From the NCBI RefSeq assembly GCF_009914755.1, contig NC_060944.1: 64,000 nt of DNA. One strand, given 5' to 3'. The translations under genes and the position numbers were made by a program. Position 1 is the stretch's first letter; every line of letters starts with the position of its first letter. Below are positions 1-15,084 of this stretch, piece by piece. The notes under the pieces were generated by a model. The model was not told the origin of the DNA and did no database searches. It worked only from the letters and a program-made list of their open reading frames with translations. Source of the stretch: the human T2T-CHM13v2.0 reference genome, Homo sapiens.

Positions 1-340
1 GCAAACATTGCAACTCTCCACCTGTGGCTACAGGTGCATGGCCAGTGCACAGGAAGATAGATCAGGAATTGATGGATAGATGCCCCAACTTCCTTATCTA
101 TAAATTGGGATACCTCTAAGGCAGGTTCTATACTGGATCCCAGTTCCCCAAATGAATTGAGCTCTAGTCGCCCACAGTGGTAACCTGCTGGATAACACGC
201 CATTTTCTGGCTTCCTTCCCTTCTCTGTCTCACTTCCCCTACTCCTGGACCAGTGTTTCTTGGGATGACATGCCAAGGATATTACTTGTGCTCAAATCCT
301 TATTTCAGGATCTCCTTCTAAGAGAACTCAAAGCAAGATA
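1..340 (+). mobile_element. ERVL LTR16-like solo LTR, 3' part
   Basis: Ends 'cttgggatgacatgccaagg...ctcaaatccttatttcaggatctccttctaagagaactcaaagcaagata', resembling the LTR16-family 3' terminus. Confidence 0.6.
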
Positions 341-473
341 AGCACTATTCTAAACTGTTCTTCCTGTGCTAGACCACAGCTTACTCAACAACTCAAGTCC
401 AAGACTGTACTATATTTTGAATTTTACTAGAGGATATTTAGGGTGCAGCACCGTAGACGTTAGAAGGTTTGCC

Positions 474-745
<272 letters not shown>

Positions 746-889
746 TAGAAGGCCTTTTTGAGCAATGTTAAATCCAATCCCGTAATTCAAACTGAGTGTT
801 CCTCTGAGACTTTGGACCAAATTGGGCTTGAAGCTCCAATAAATTGTCAGCATCTGCAAACCCATTTCGGCCAGCATAAGCCATAAGAG

Positions 890-1535
890 TTTTTGGAGGT
901 GGATTGGAAAATGGTGAAGCTACTTTGGAAAACAGTCTGGTAGTTCCTCCAAGTGTTAAATATGGGGTTAACATATGACCCAGCAATTCTCCTCCTAGGT
1001 CTGTACCTAAAAGAACTGAAAATACATGGCTCCACAAAAACATATACACAAATATTCACAGCAGCAGTATTCCAACTAGCCAAAAAGTGGGCATAACCCA
1101 AACGTCCGTGAACATCAATTCAACTAATAAATAAAACGTGGCATACCCACACAATGGACTATTATTCACCCATGAATAAATGAATAAAGTGAATGAAATA
1201 CTAATGCATGTTACAAAATGGACTAAGCGTGAAAACATTATGCTTGGTGAAAGAAGCCAGTCACAAAAGGCCACATATTATACGATTTCATTTCTATAAA
1301 AGTTCAGAATAGGCAGATTCACAGAGCTAGAAAGTAAATTAGTGGTTTCTGGGGATGTATGAAGAGTGACTGCTAATGGATATGGGATTTCCTGGGGGGT
1401 GATGAAAATGTTCTCAAATTAAACAGCAGTGATGGTTGTGCAACTCTGACTATTCTAAAAACCACAGAATTGTATTCTCTTACAAGGTGAATTTCATTTT
1501 ATGTGAACTATATCTCAATAAAGCTGTTATTTGAA
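890..1535 (+). mobile_element. Old L1 (L1MB/L1ME-type) 3' end
   Basis: 'catatgacccagcaattctcctcctaggt', 'aagaagccagtcacaaaaggccacatatt', terminal 'tctcaataaagctgtt'. Confidence 0.8.
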
Positions 1536-1617
1536 AGAGAAAGATGGGGGAGGGGAGTTGAGATTTTTTGTGTTTCTGGTCTCCTGTGAAACCACACCTC
1601 TCAATTTATATATTCAT

Positions 1618-1908
1618 TTATTTATTAGAGGCAAGCTCTTGTTCTATCACCCAGGATGGAGTGCAGTGTCAAAATCATAGCCCACTGCAGCCTCAAACTC
1701 CTGGGCTCAAGGGATCCTCCCGCCTCAGCCTCCTGAGTAGCCAAGACTACAGGCATGCACTACCTCACCTGGCTAATATTTTTAATTTCTTGTAGAGACC
1801 AGGGTCTCCCTGTTATCCAGGCTGGTCTTGAACTCCTGGGCTCAAGTGATCCTCCCGCCTTGGCATCCCAAACTGCTGGGATTACAGATGTGAGCCACCA
1901 TACACAGC
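1618..1908 (-). mobile_element. AluJ
   Basis: Diverged Alu with J-type 'ctcctgggctcaagtgatcctccc'. Confidence 0.9.
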
Positions 1909-2312
1909 CTCACACCTCTAAGTTTTTTACAATTTTCTATAGCTCTTCAAAGCCCTGTCACAACCTCAGTGGGCCTAAAAGTCTGGCTGTGGGTCTTGGT
2001 GGCAGCAAAGCTGAATTCCAAGCAGAGGTGGGGTATGGCCGGAACTTACACCCATATCTCCAGCCATGTGTCATATGCACAGGCAGAAGCCAGGCAGGGC
2101 CAGGGCTTGGATAGGATCAGACTAAGACTCAATGGAGCCAGGGTGGGGAAAAAGCCAGGGCCACACCCAGAACTTCTTCATTTTCCAGAAAGGCAGTAAG
2201 CATAGCCATCTGAGAAGGCCCTTAGAAGCCTAGAATGATGAGTCCATCAAATCCAGGCCAAATTGCTGGAGGGTTGCTCATGGAATCCCCACAACAGCCC
2301 TGCTCCATGGAG

Positions 2313-2602
2313 ATTTTTTTTCTGAGACGGAGTTTCACTCTGTCGCCCGGGCTGGAGTGCAGTGGCACAATCTCGGCTCACTGTAACCTCTGCCTTCCCG
2401 TTTCAAGCATTTCTCCTGCCTCAGCCTCCTGAGTAGCTGGGATTACAGGCACCCGCCACCACACCTGGCTAATTTTTGTGTTTTTAGTAGGGACAGGGTT
2501 TCACCATGTTGGCCAGGCTGGTCTCCAGCTCCTGACCTCCTGATCTGCCCACCTTCGCCCCCTAAAGTGTTGGGATCACAGGCATGAGCCACCACGCCCT
2601 GC
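2313..2602 (-). mobile_element. AluS
   Basis: Full Alu body; 'ccatgg' on both flanks. Confidence 0.92.
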
Positions 2603-3489
2603 CATGGTGATCTTAAAGTAAGAGTATGCAGTTAACTATAAACTAGAAATAAAACCTATGCTATAGAGCTGCTGTAAGAAGTAATGAGTTGATTTACATC
2701 AGGTGCCTGGCATACAGTAGGAAGCCTAAATGTTGGCTCCATTCTTCAGTACGAAGGCTGACAGTCTGAAGTTAAGTGCCTGCTCCTCAATGTAGATCAA
2801 AAGACTGAGAGACACAATGAGTTGTGGCACACATAATTACAAGATGGAGAGAGGAGGGCCTTAAAGAACATCCAATTCTACACAGTAAATAACAACTTGA
2901 GAAACAGGCTCAGAGAGAGGCAGCAACTTGCCCATGGTCATTCAGCAAGATGGCTTGGTCATTCAAAGAAAGAGCAATTCCATATTCCCAAGTTTTTTCC
3001 CTAAATGCCAAAGAGCAAAACAACTCGTCCTCCAATAATCTTTGGCAACTCTTTATAAAGATACTTCTCTGGCATAAAAGCTAAATTGCCTAAATATGGC
3101 TAACTCTTGGATAATGCTGGTTAATTCTGGCTAATGTTTAATTCTCTAAAGCATCTTTTCCCATCAATAAACTTTTTTGTGGGAACTCTCATTTGCCTTG
3201 TGTTTCTTATGGAAATGTGATTTGTACATACATCCTCCTTGCATAAATATTTAGCTCATCATTGTGCAGCACAAATTCCCTGCAAATTAGGTGGAAATCA
3301 GCCTCAGCTGACGAAAGCATCTATATTCATCCGGGGGAAAAATCATTATTATTTAGAACTTATTAAGCCCTGACAGTAAGTACTGGATGGACCTGGGAAC
3401 TTCAATAAACATTGAACGCAAATGTATGCCAAATGCTTGGGCACAGATTTCTCTTGTAATTTCTACCTGCCAAGAGGCAGGAAAAGGTA

Positions 3490-3700
3490 GAGAAATGAAA
3501 ATGGGCTGAAACTTGGCTCTGCTCATTACAAACTGTTTCAACAAGAGCAAATCACTGAAACCCTCTTCATCTATAAAATGGGTCTAACCAAACGTATCTC
3601 ATAGGGTTTGTTATTATAAAGATTAAATAAGATCATATGTGTAAAGTACCTAGCAAGAAGCCCAGAACACACTAGATGCTCAATAAATGTTTGACTCTAA
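3490..3700 (+). mobile_element. MIR
   Basis: 'catctataaaatggg...catagggtttgtt...gattaaataagatcatatgtgtaaagtacctagca'. Confidence 0.65.
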
Positions 3701-3929
3701 CCAACAAATGAATCTGAAGTAGGTGAAATGTAGAAATGTTAGCTCACCAGTTGGTTACAGTTGCATCCTACCCCCTGCACTGTGAACATAATTTGCTCCA
3801 ATTGCAACTAGGTTTTATTTGAAGGTTGCAGTTAACGCTGCCAATTTTACATAAAATTAAGTAGAAAAGCAGTTTTGAAATAGCTTGGAATAGAAATTTA
3901 CATGTTATATAAATTGCATTATTAAACTT

Positions 3930-4940
3930 TGCAGCCAACACTCACAATGTCCTGCCCATACCCCTTAGACATTTTATTGTGCTCCAGGGAATTCCACCTG
4001 TCAGCATCTATATCTCTATGCCTGAGGGCTCTTGTTCCAGGAACCATGGGAATCTGCCCTGCCAGTGCATGATAGGTCAGATGTGCCAGGTAAAGAACAC
4101 TCTCAGGAGCCACCTTCAACCAATGACTAAGGGAGCCGGTATATAAATACCCAGTTCCCTCACCTCTTGTGTGGGATCAGTCTGAGGCCTAAGTCTTGCA
4201 CCATTTCCTCAAGTTCCCTCACAGGATTAAACCATCATGATTGATGGCTCAATGACACACTTTGCTGGGATCTTGTCTTCCTTGTTTCACTTCCCAATCT
4301 GTGTGACCTTGAAGGGTTTCAGAGTATACTATCCCAAAATATGCCACTCTGGCATAAGGATTATTTTGAGCTGAAGGCAATTGAGAATAAGGAGACACAG
4401 GACAAGCTCTCTACCCTTCCCTATCTGCCTGAAAGCAGAACTTAAATTCCTCTTGTGAAGGTGTTTCCCCGACTCACATACCAGGAAAGAGATAACAACC
4501 TTATCACCAGAAATGAGATGATGAAGCCATCTACACAAAGAAACCTTACTAACCAGCCCTTTTCTACCACTAATTTTCCCATATATTTACCTTCCCACAA
4601 TTTGCTGCCCCTAGCAGTTCAAAGTCATTTTCTTTTTTCTTGTCACTTCTCTACAAAATTATTGTTCTTTGTTAAGATGGTATATAAACCCAAGCTCTAA
4701 CCATTGCTTTGAGTTACTCATCACTAAGTTCTCTCATGTATATGTACACTGCATGTGTTAATAAACTTGGTTCTTTTCCTGTTAATCTGTCTTCTGTCAG
4801 TCTAATTTGCAGGCCCCCAGCCAGAAGGGTACAGGGAAAAAAAAAAAAAAACTTTTCCTCCCCTACAACCTCTACTTCCCAAATAAATATCTTTCACTTG
4901 GATTCTTGTCTTAGCATTTGGGAGAACACAAATTAAGCAT
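3930..4940 (+). mobile_element. LTR16-like solo LTR interrupted by a MER34-like LTR
   Basis: 'caaccaatgact...tataaatacccagttccctcacc'; resumes at 4868 with 'cttcccaaataaa...ttcttgtcttagcatttgggagaac'. Confidence 0.6.
4310..4867 (+). mobile_element. ERV1 MER34-like solo LTR
   Basis: TG...CA termini; 'cccaaaatatgccactctggcataaggattattttgagctgaaggc'; 4-bp TSD ACCT at 4306-4309 and 4868-4871. Confidence 0.8.
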
Positions 4941-4949
4941 GTGCTGGGT

Positions 4950-5560
4950 TCAGAGCTCCAGCCTCATATACCCAACAGCACACTGGACACTCCACTAGCT
5001 CTTTAATTCAATATGAAAAAGTGATCTCCCCATAGGCCACACACACACCTGCTCCAACCCCAGAGACAGATCCACCACCCACTCATTCTTCCAAGCCAGA
5101 AACCTGGATCTCACCCTCGCTTTTTCCTTTTCTCTCCCCTGCTCCCCACCATTTCCAGCCATTTATCAAGTCCTGCCAGTTTGAACTCCATAATCTCTCC
5201 TGGAATCAGTCCCTTTCTCCATTCCTCTAAATACTGAGGCAAACAATCTCTGGCTTCCATTGCAGTAGCCTCCTCCCTGTTGTCCCAGATCCACCATGGA
5301 TCTTTTCTCCATGCCACAGTCCAGAAGGATTGTTCTTTTTAACTGCAAATACTGAATAGCAAAAACAACGCTTAATGAAAGCTTACTTTTTGTTGGGCCC
5401 TGCTCTGATCCTGTTACTCCCCAGCTTAAAATCTTCCATGGGCTTCCTATAGTGCTTAGAATAAAACCTCCAACTCCTTGCTTGAGCCTACAAGCCCCTG
5501 TGATCTGATGCCCCTTTTCTCCATAACTTCTTTTCTTACCATTTCCGGTGCTGAATCTAA
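4950..5560 (+). mobile_element. L2 fragment
   Basis: 'cagcttaaaatcttccatgggcttcct...cttagaataaaacctccaactccttg' is L2-like. Confidence 0.55.
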
Positions 5561-5590
5561 TCCGAAGAGGTCCTTTTTTGAAACAATTAG

Positions 5591-5933
<343 letters not shown>

Positions 5934-7107
5934 TGACTTTTGAATGTCCATCAATACCAACTCCCGATCCCTACCCTCACTCCTACCCATCATCTTCCCA
6001 GGCCCTGCTCTATCCATAGCCTCCACTTTCAGGAACAAGCCTTTCCTCCCTGAGATCCTCGCTGAGGCACCTGGGAAGACATGAGATTATCCTCTTTAAC
6101 AATCCATAGGTTCTTTAGAGCCAGAACCCGCCCCTACCTTCTGCAAGGCCTGGCACAGGGCCCAACACACAGTAGGTGCTTAATGAATGTTTGTTGAGTT
6201 AATTAAGGAAGCTGTCCAGTCTTAATCACAAACATTCGGGATGCTTCCTTCAAACCACCTTCCCCCAAGGGAGCCTATAGTTGATTGGACAATTACTCCA
6301 GTGCTGGAACAAATCACTCTCAGGCGTTCGATGAAACTATTCAATGAATGCTGCTGACAAAAGAGCTGATTGCGCTGCTTTGACCCTGAAAGTAATTACA
6401 TGTGCCAGCATCCATCTGCCTGTGGGGTTGCCCGGAAGGGGGTCCTCACCTCGTTTCAGCTCCATCTTCTAAATAAACTCAAAAGAGCATACATTGTCAT
6501 TTCCCCCAGGATCGTTATGGCTTGTTAGAAATCAAACAGAGGGCAGGTAAGTGGTGTATAATCTGCATGAACAATCTCCCCAGGCTCCAAAAACCTCCCT
6601 TAATCATCTCTATCACAAAACCAAAACCAAAGAGCCCCCCACTCCTTGAGAACGCAGCAGGGAGCCTCCATGCCCCACTAAGGGCCCAGGATCAAGTGAC
6701 TGTTTGCTCTGCGGTCAGTCCCACACATCAGCCATCTCTGGCCTGTTAATTACCTTCTTTCACCCATCCTGAGAAGCCAGAGTCATCCTTGATGCTTCTA
6801 TCTCTTCATCTATCCATTCATTTATTCATTCTTTCCATAAGCATTTATTGAATACCTGTTAGAAGGCAGCAGACACTGCTGTGTTTACACTAATGAACAA
6901 GGCAGCATAATCCCTGACCTCATGGAGCTCATAGTCTAGAGAGGAAAATGAATATTAACCAAACAAAGACACAAATATTGAAGACAAATTTACATTAAAC
7001 ACACCTGTTATTTGCTGAATCTTTGCCAGGTCCTGCAGGGGAGGAATGTAGCATGGGAGGGGAGGTCATTGACCAAGATGGTTTTAACTTCCCCTCAGTT
7101 TCACTAA

Positions 7108-7450
<343 letters not shown>

Positions 7451-7764
7451 ATTTTCTCTAAAACATTTACCTTAAAAGATTTGCAGTCTACAGTTTTTTT
7501 GTTTTGTTTTTGATAAAAATTGCCCCTTTTGAGATGTAAATCTCCCAGTTTCTTGCCAATTTTTACAACCTAGGAATGTCTTTCTCAAGGATCTGGCAGT
7601 TATCCCTTTGAAATGCAATCATCAAGAAAGATAGCACCACAATCTCTCAGTCTCTGCAGGAGGGAAGGTGCCTAACTTTGGTAAGCACCAACATTAGCAA
7701 ACGCAAATGTCCTCCAGGACTTTCCCACTAGCTCACCCCAGTGCTTAAAAACCCTCTTTGCTTT

Positions 7765-8115
<351 letters not shown>

Positions 8116-8118
8116 TCA

Positions 8119-8595
<477 letters not shown>

Positions 8596-8632
8596 TTAGA
8601 TGGGAAGGGACTCTAGGAAGGCCTCTCTGAGA

Positions 8633-8804
8633 AGAGGTATTTGAGCTGGGACAAGCATCCCAGGCAGAGAGGCTAACACACATAAAGGCATTTAGATCAA
8701 ACATTCAGCTGCAGAAATAGAGGTATTTGAGCTGGGACAAGCATCCCAGGCAGGGAGGCTAGCACACATAAAGGTGTTTAGATCAAACATTCAGCTGCAG
8801 AAAT
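8633..8804. repeat. Tandem duplication, 2 x 86 bp
   Basis: Copies start at 8633 and 8719; 4 mismatches. Confidence 0.97.
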
Positions 8805-10181
8805 GTTAGGTCCCTGCCCCAAACCAAGTCTTACTATATTTGTACATGCGACTCTTCTTCTACTGTGTGCTCCCTCAGCTCAATAACCTTCCAGGAATCC
8901 CAGGTGGCTCCTGAACAAAGCCCATTGCTCCTAACTTCCTTAACCTGATGGTCAAGATTGTATTTAATCTGACTGCTTCTTCACCTCTCCAGCCATATAG
9001 AGACAACCTCCCAATGAAACACAAGCCTTCTGGGTGTGACAGACGAAGGGGCTTCTTGCAGAGGCAAATGGAAGACAACCTAGAAGGTACAGGTGCAAAG
9101 TGCTCACATGATTGAGAGTCTATTTTTATGCTTGAAGTACAGATAGGAGGGAAAACAGTTCTCTCCTATTGGACGAAAAAATCCAGTTATTTTTCCTTAT
9201 TCTGTGACACAAGGACCTTAAGTAACCTGAAGTAACCAAAAGATCAGGCTTTGGTGAGTTTATTTCCCAAGTAAAAGACATGCCTGGTGCTTGACAGTCT
9301 CCTGGGACCTCACTAGCCCTGGAGCCCCTTCCGTCCCCAACACACCCATTCCCCTCTCCCACTCTGGACCAATCCCTACAGTTCCCCCAGCTCCTCCCCA
9401 TGCTTCTGATAGGGAAAGAGAATCAGGGTCACCCTTATGTTAAGAATAGAAGTAAAATCTTGATGGTATTACATTTGGACACCCCACAATGCCTGATTCC
9501 TGGCTCTCTGCAGGATTCCTTAGGGAGCCTTCATCATAGAGGTGTCATCAAGCAGGAAACACCATGTTCTTCTGTGATGAGCTGGGCCCAAGCCTGGTCC
9601 ACACAGTACAGAACTCAAAAGACCCGAGGCAGGAGCACAGAGCTTGAACTCACCGCTGTTATGCGTTCTACCTCCATTAAAGCTCCAGTAGCAATGCAGC
9701 AGCAGGGAGGGCATGCTGGCCTGACAGCACGTCCCCAGGAAGGGGAGTCTACACGTGTGTATGCAACTGCACAGCCCACTGTGGCCTTGCCCACAGGTCC
9801 CTGTGATCCAATCACTGTCCTGGCCTTTGAACAATCAGATGGTCAGAGGGATTGGAGCACCTGAAGGAAGTGAGAGCACCTCCCCATCACCTCTGATCAC
9901 TCTTTTCCAACTCTCTCTGCCTGCTAGCCCTGAGCGCAGGATTGTCTGTTTGACCTTCTCCCAAGTGTCTGGGTCATGCTCTCCATCCCAAAGCTAAAGC
10001 CCTTGTCTCCTTCACCCTAATCACCCTCCTTTCTTCACCCCTTGGCCCATGGCCTACGTAGGGCTTCGAGCTCTGGGCGGTGGTTCACACACTCTGCTCC
10101 TACCCTCTCTGGGTCAGGAGCTTCCTAAAGCCAGGCCTGCAGCCCAGCAATCCCCTTGTCCTTGACTCGTGCATCTGGGAT

Positions 10182-10231
10182 GAGCTCTATCTGCATCCCG
10201 TCAAGAGCTCTATCTGCATCCCGTCAAGAGC
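10182..10231. repeat. Perfect tandem duplication, 23-bp unit
   Basis: (gagctctatctgcatcccgtcaa)x2 + gagc. Confidence 0.97.
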
Positions 10232-10585
10232 AAAGAGTTACTGAGGAGATAGAAGCAGGACTTTTTTTCCTTTAACTCAATTAAGCCACATGCTGACTGT
10301 GATACTTTCTCCACTATCTAAGGCAGCAGGTGCCTTTGCAATTACTTCCCCTCTGCTGAGCCTGCATGTCGCCTGGGGTCTCCAGGAGATAGAGATGAAG
10401 CTATGGAATCACAAGGGCAATGTGATGGGCAAAGAGGCCAGGGAGACCAGAGGACTGGCCACAGAGAAAGATCAGCCAGGAATGCAACAATGCAGGTGGC
10501 CCCAGGCAAAGCTACATCTGGAAGCCAGCTGACATGTGACTTTCAGCTGCTTTCAAGGGCCTTAGAAGCAAGGGAGCATTTTTAA

Positions 10586-10830
10586 ATTTGGGTTCCCCCA
10601 AAAGCAGATCCGGAGACAAGGACTGGGTGCAGGTAGTCTATTTGGAAAGTGAGCCCAGGAAGCAGTGAAGGAGAACTGATAGGGAGTGAAGAAAGTCGAC
10701 AAAGCCTGCAGCTACGAGAGGGTCTGTTGCTGTGGGCTGATGGGGCTCAATCCCACTTGGAACTCCATGGAAGACTGTGTGGAGCATACATGAGAAGCGT
10801 TCCCAAGGGGCAAAAAAGCCAAGTGTTTAC
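10586..10830 (-). mobile_element. ERVL LTR16/LTR33-like fragment
   Basis: 'gggttcccccaaaagcaga...agacaaggact...tatttggaaagtga' is the reverse of the LTR 3' end. Confidence 0.55.
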
Positions 10831-10836
10831 TCACCA

Positions 10837-11610
<774 letters not shown>

Positions 11611-11680
11611 CCTGGTGTTATCGATGGGATAACACCCATCGATACCCAAACCTTCCTGGTTAAGAATTACTCCTGGGGTT

Positions 11681-11957
11681 GGCCGGGCACAGTGGCTCAC
11701 GCCTGTAATCCCAGCACTGTGGGAGGCCGAGGCAGGCAGATCATGAGGTCAAGAGATCGAGCCCATCTGGCCAACATGGTGAAACCCCATCTCTACTAAA
11801 AATACAAAAATTAGCTGGGCGTGGTGGCGCAGGTACTTGGGAGGCTGAGGCAGGAGAATCACTTGAACCCGGGAGGCAGAGGTTGCAGTGAGCTGAGACG
11901 CACCACTGCACTCCAGCCTGATGACAGAGTGAGACTCAGTCTTAAAAAAAAAAAAAA
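11681..11957 (+). mobile_element. AluS with small internal deletion
   Basis: TSD 'aattactcctggggt' on both sides; right arm lacks 'cctgtaatcccagc'. Confidence 0.93.
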
Positions 11958-12359
11958 TTACTCCTGGGGTCGTCTGTGCCACTGAAAGCTGAGGCCACTA
12001 CTGCAGCCAGAGAAAGACCTCCGGCAGAGAGACACCTGTGCCTACAGTATGAAACCACCAGCGTGACCAGGAACTGCCCACAGAAACTGCAGGGAACCTC
12101 TGGGAAGAAGAGGCTGAAGGATGTGGAAGGGTGGGGGAGTACTGACAGCGCCTGCCACAGTTTGGCTGGAATTGGATCAGGGCCGCTTCTGGTCCACGTG
12201 ACTGTGTTTTCTAAGGGGACCTCCATCAGGAATCAAGCTCTTCCTCAGGATCATACCGTCACGTAGGGAAAAAAATTTACATTACCATGTTCCCACTATG
12301 TGCCCACACACACATCTTCTCCCATCCATCCTTTAAACAGCCCTGTGAGATACGAAGGA

Positions 12360-12849
12360 TATGACAGGCAGAATAATAACCCCCAAAGATGCCCATGTCC
12401 TAATCCCCAGAACCTGTAAATGAGCTACCTTGTATGGCAAAGGGGACTTTGTAGATGTGATTAAGTTAAGGATCTTGAGATGGGGGATTATCCTGGATTG
12501 CCCAGATGGGCCCAGTGTAACATAGGGTCCTTATAAGAGAAAGGGGGAGGTGGGAGGGTAGGGGATCCAAATCAGAGATATTTGAAGATGCTGTCCTGCA
12601 GGCTCTGGAGATAGGGAAAGGGGCTATGAGCCAAGGAATGCAGATGGCCTCCAGAAGATGAAAAGGCAAGAGAAAGCATTCTCCCCCTAGAGTCTCCAGA
12701 AGGAATGCAGCCCTGAAGACACCTCGATTTTTGCCCAGGGAGACCCATTTCAGACTTCTCACCTCCAGAACTGTCATATTACACATTTGCATGTTTTAAG
12801 CCACTGAGTTTGTCGTCATTTGTTACAGCAGCAATAGGAAACTAATACA
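12360..12849 (+). mobile_element. MaLR MLT1D-like solo LTR
   Basis: 'aggcagaataat...ggcaaaggggactttgtagatgtgattaagttaaggatcttgagatgggg'; ends 'ggaaactaataca'. Confidence 0.85.
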
Positions 12850-12884
12850 TTTTACAAGGGCCTTAGAAGCAAGGGGTTGTGTTT

Positions 12885-13090
12885 TAATTTGGCTTCCCCA
12901 AAAAGCAGATTGAGAGATAAGGACTTGGGTGCAGGCAGTCTATTTGGGAGGTGATCCCAGAAAGCACAGGGAAGGAGAAGTGACGGGGAGTGACAAGAGT
13001 CAACAAAGCCTACAGTAATGAGAGGGTCTGTTGCTGTGGGCCATTGGGGCTCAATCCCACTTGGAACTCTCTGGAAGACTGTGTGGGGCA
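12885..13090 (-). mobile_element. Second LTR16/LTR33-like fragment (local duplicate of the 10.6 kb copy)
   Basis: Colinear similarity to 10586-10786, including the flank. Confidence 0.6.
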
Positions 13091-14189
13091 GATTGAGTTT
13101 AGTCTACGAGCTGCGAGGAATGGGATGGGAGCTATTAGCAGAAGCTTCTCTGGATTTAAGTTTCTTTCCCATGGTACAGGATAGTGTTTCTTAGAGAGTA
13201 ATTGATTTTTTCTTTTTCCTCTTTCCTTTTGCTTTCTTTTTTGCACTCTTGCTTTCTCCATGATCTCCTCCAACCCCAATTCAAGCTGCCAAGCCTCTGA
13301 GCTCATTGCCTGAGAGAAGAGGACAGACATGACCTGGGGGGACAACAGAAACACAGCCGCCTACCTGGTTTACCATCACCACAGGGCTTTGCCCTTGGGG
13401 AATGCAAAAACCTGCAAGAGGAATATGGCCATCCTGGCCTTCCCCACCCCACCAGCCAGGACTGGTGAATTTTCCCCCAGGACTGAGAAGGAGAACTGAA
13501 GATCTCCCGTGAGAAAGGGTGTGCACCCCAGGGAAGCAGCAAGAGCCCAGAAAGGAGAGACTGAATGAGGAGACCAGGCAGGCGGGGCTAAAGAACTGAC
13601 CCGGCTTGGCCCTTCACATAGGATGCTGTGTTTAAGGCTGAACAAGCCAGAGTTTGGAGAACACGCCGTGCGCCATCATGACTGTTGCCCGAGCTGAGGC
13701 CAGACCCAACCCCGAGGAAGGGAGAACAGCTTCCCATGAAGGGCATGGCTGCTGCCACCATAATCCCAGGGCAGGAAATAAAGGGATCTTGGACTAGGCA
13801 ATCAAAGGACTTCCTCTCCCTCTAAGGCCAAGGAGGAAATGTGGCTGGGACTCCAAGCTCTGTGGATGCCTGGAGGTGCCAGCAGCTGGGGATCAGCTGG
13901 CCCCACCTGCAGAGCCCAGCCAGTGGCTCCCCCTGCATCTCCAAGGTTGGGTCTATGGGCTCCAAGAACAGGTGTTTCTCAGGGTAACCTCAGCCCCTAC
14001 AACTTCAACCAAGAGAGTGAAGGGGAGCAGCCCTGGAGGCCAATGAGGAGGGGGATTAGTGGTCACTGATGACAAAGACATCCCTGTCCCCAGAGCCAGC
14101 CCCTTGTGAGCAGAAGAATGGCTGCCGGGGCAAAAGGACCTGCTATGCCCTCCCCATACACATATCATGGCAGCTGGGGAGCCCTCTGA

Positions 14190-14203
14190 ATAACAGGGGG
14201 CGC
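14190..14203 (+). promoter_or_regulatory. Candidate CTCF motif
   Basis: ataacagggggcgc, 11/14 match to CCASYAGRKGGCRS. Confidence 0.3.
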
Positions 14204-14323
14204 TTTAGAGTGGCTTCATTACCAACAAGAGGCCCAGAAGGGGCTAGAGCCACACGATTTCATGGTCGGCCGCGTGCGTGATCGTGTCTCACAGCACTGG
14301 AGAGGCTTCCAGATTACACTTGT

Positions 14324-14329
14324 AATAAA
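14324..14329 (+). terminator. Candidate polyadenylation signal
   Basis: AATAAA overlapping the end of a TGTA, at the end of a ~1 kb repeat-free block. Confidence 0.25.
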
Positions 14330-14779
14330 ACATTTTATGGGGAAGAAACAAATGGGAGTAAATTTGAATGCAGAAATAAGCAATGTTTTAGAGTTTTGTA
14401 TCATTAGCAGAATTAGATAATTAAAAACATAAACCAGAAATAATAAGCCCTCCCTCTCTGGGACACCCTGTGTATTCAAGGAGATGCTGTGCGTACAGGA
14501 CCCGTCAGAGCCAGCAGAGCAGACAGTGAATAGATCTACACAAGAAAGGATCATTCTTAACATCCCTCCCCAACACTACACAGCAAGATTATCTTCTGTA
14601 ATAATTATGGAATAATCAGTAATAATCATTACGTTCCTGATTCATTCTTTAGTCTTAAAACAATTAGCAATTTTAGAAGAGAAATTTCAATGTTACATAT
14701 ATTATTCAGATTCAGGAAAATATTTACTGGAGGAACTAAAATTTGCACTCACCAAACAAAAAAAATATTCCAGCTCAAT

Positions 14780-15084
14780 GGCCGGACGCAGTGGCTCACA
14801 CTTGTAACCCCAGCACTCTGGGAGGCTGAGGCAGCCGATCACCTGAGGTCAGGAGTTCGAGACCATCCTGGCCAACATGGCGAAACCCCACCTCTACTAA
14901 AAAATACAAAAATTATCTGGGCAAGATAATCCCAGCTTGTAATCCCAGCTATTCATGAGGCTGAGGCTGCAGAATCACTTGAACCTGGGAGGCAGAGGTT
15001 GCAGTGAGCCAAGATCACACCACTGCACTCCAGCCTGGGTGACAGAGTGAGACTCTGTCTCAAAAAAATAAAAATAAAATAAAA
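14780..15084 (+). mobile_element. AluS with rearranged middle
   Basis: Alu body; anomalous segment at 14912-14950. Confidence 0.92.

Noticed and set aside
9400-9864. 154-aa ATG ORF in non-repeat DNA
   Set aside because: Weak Kozak context and no recognisable domain. This length is compatible with chance in 64 kb. It would need Ribo-seq or PhyloCSF support.
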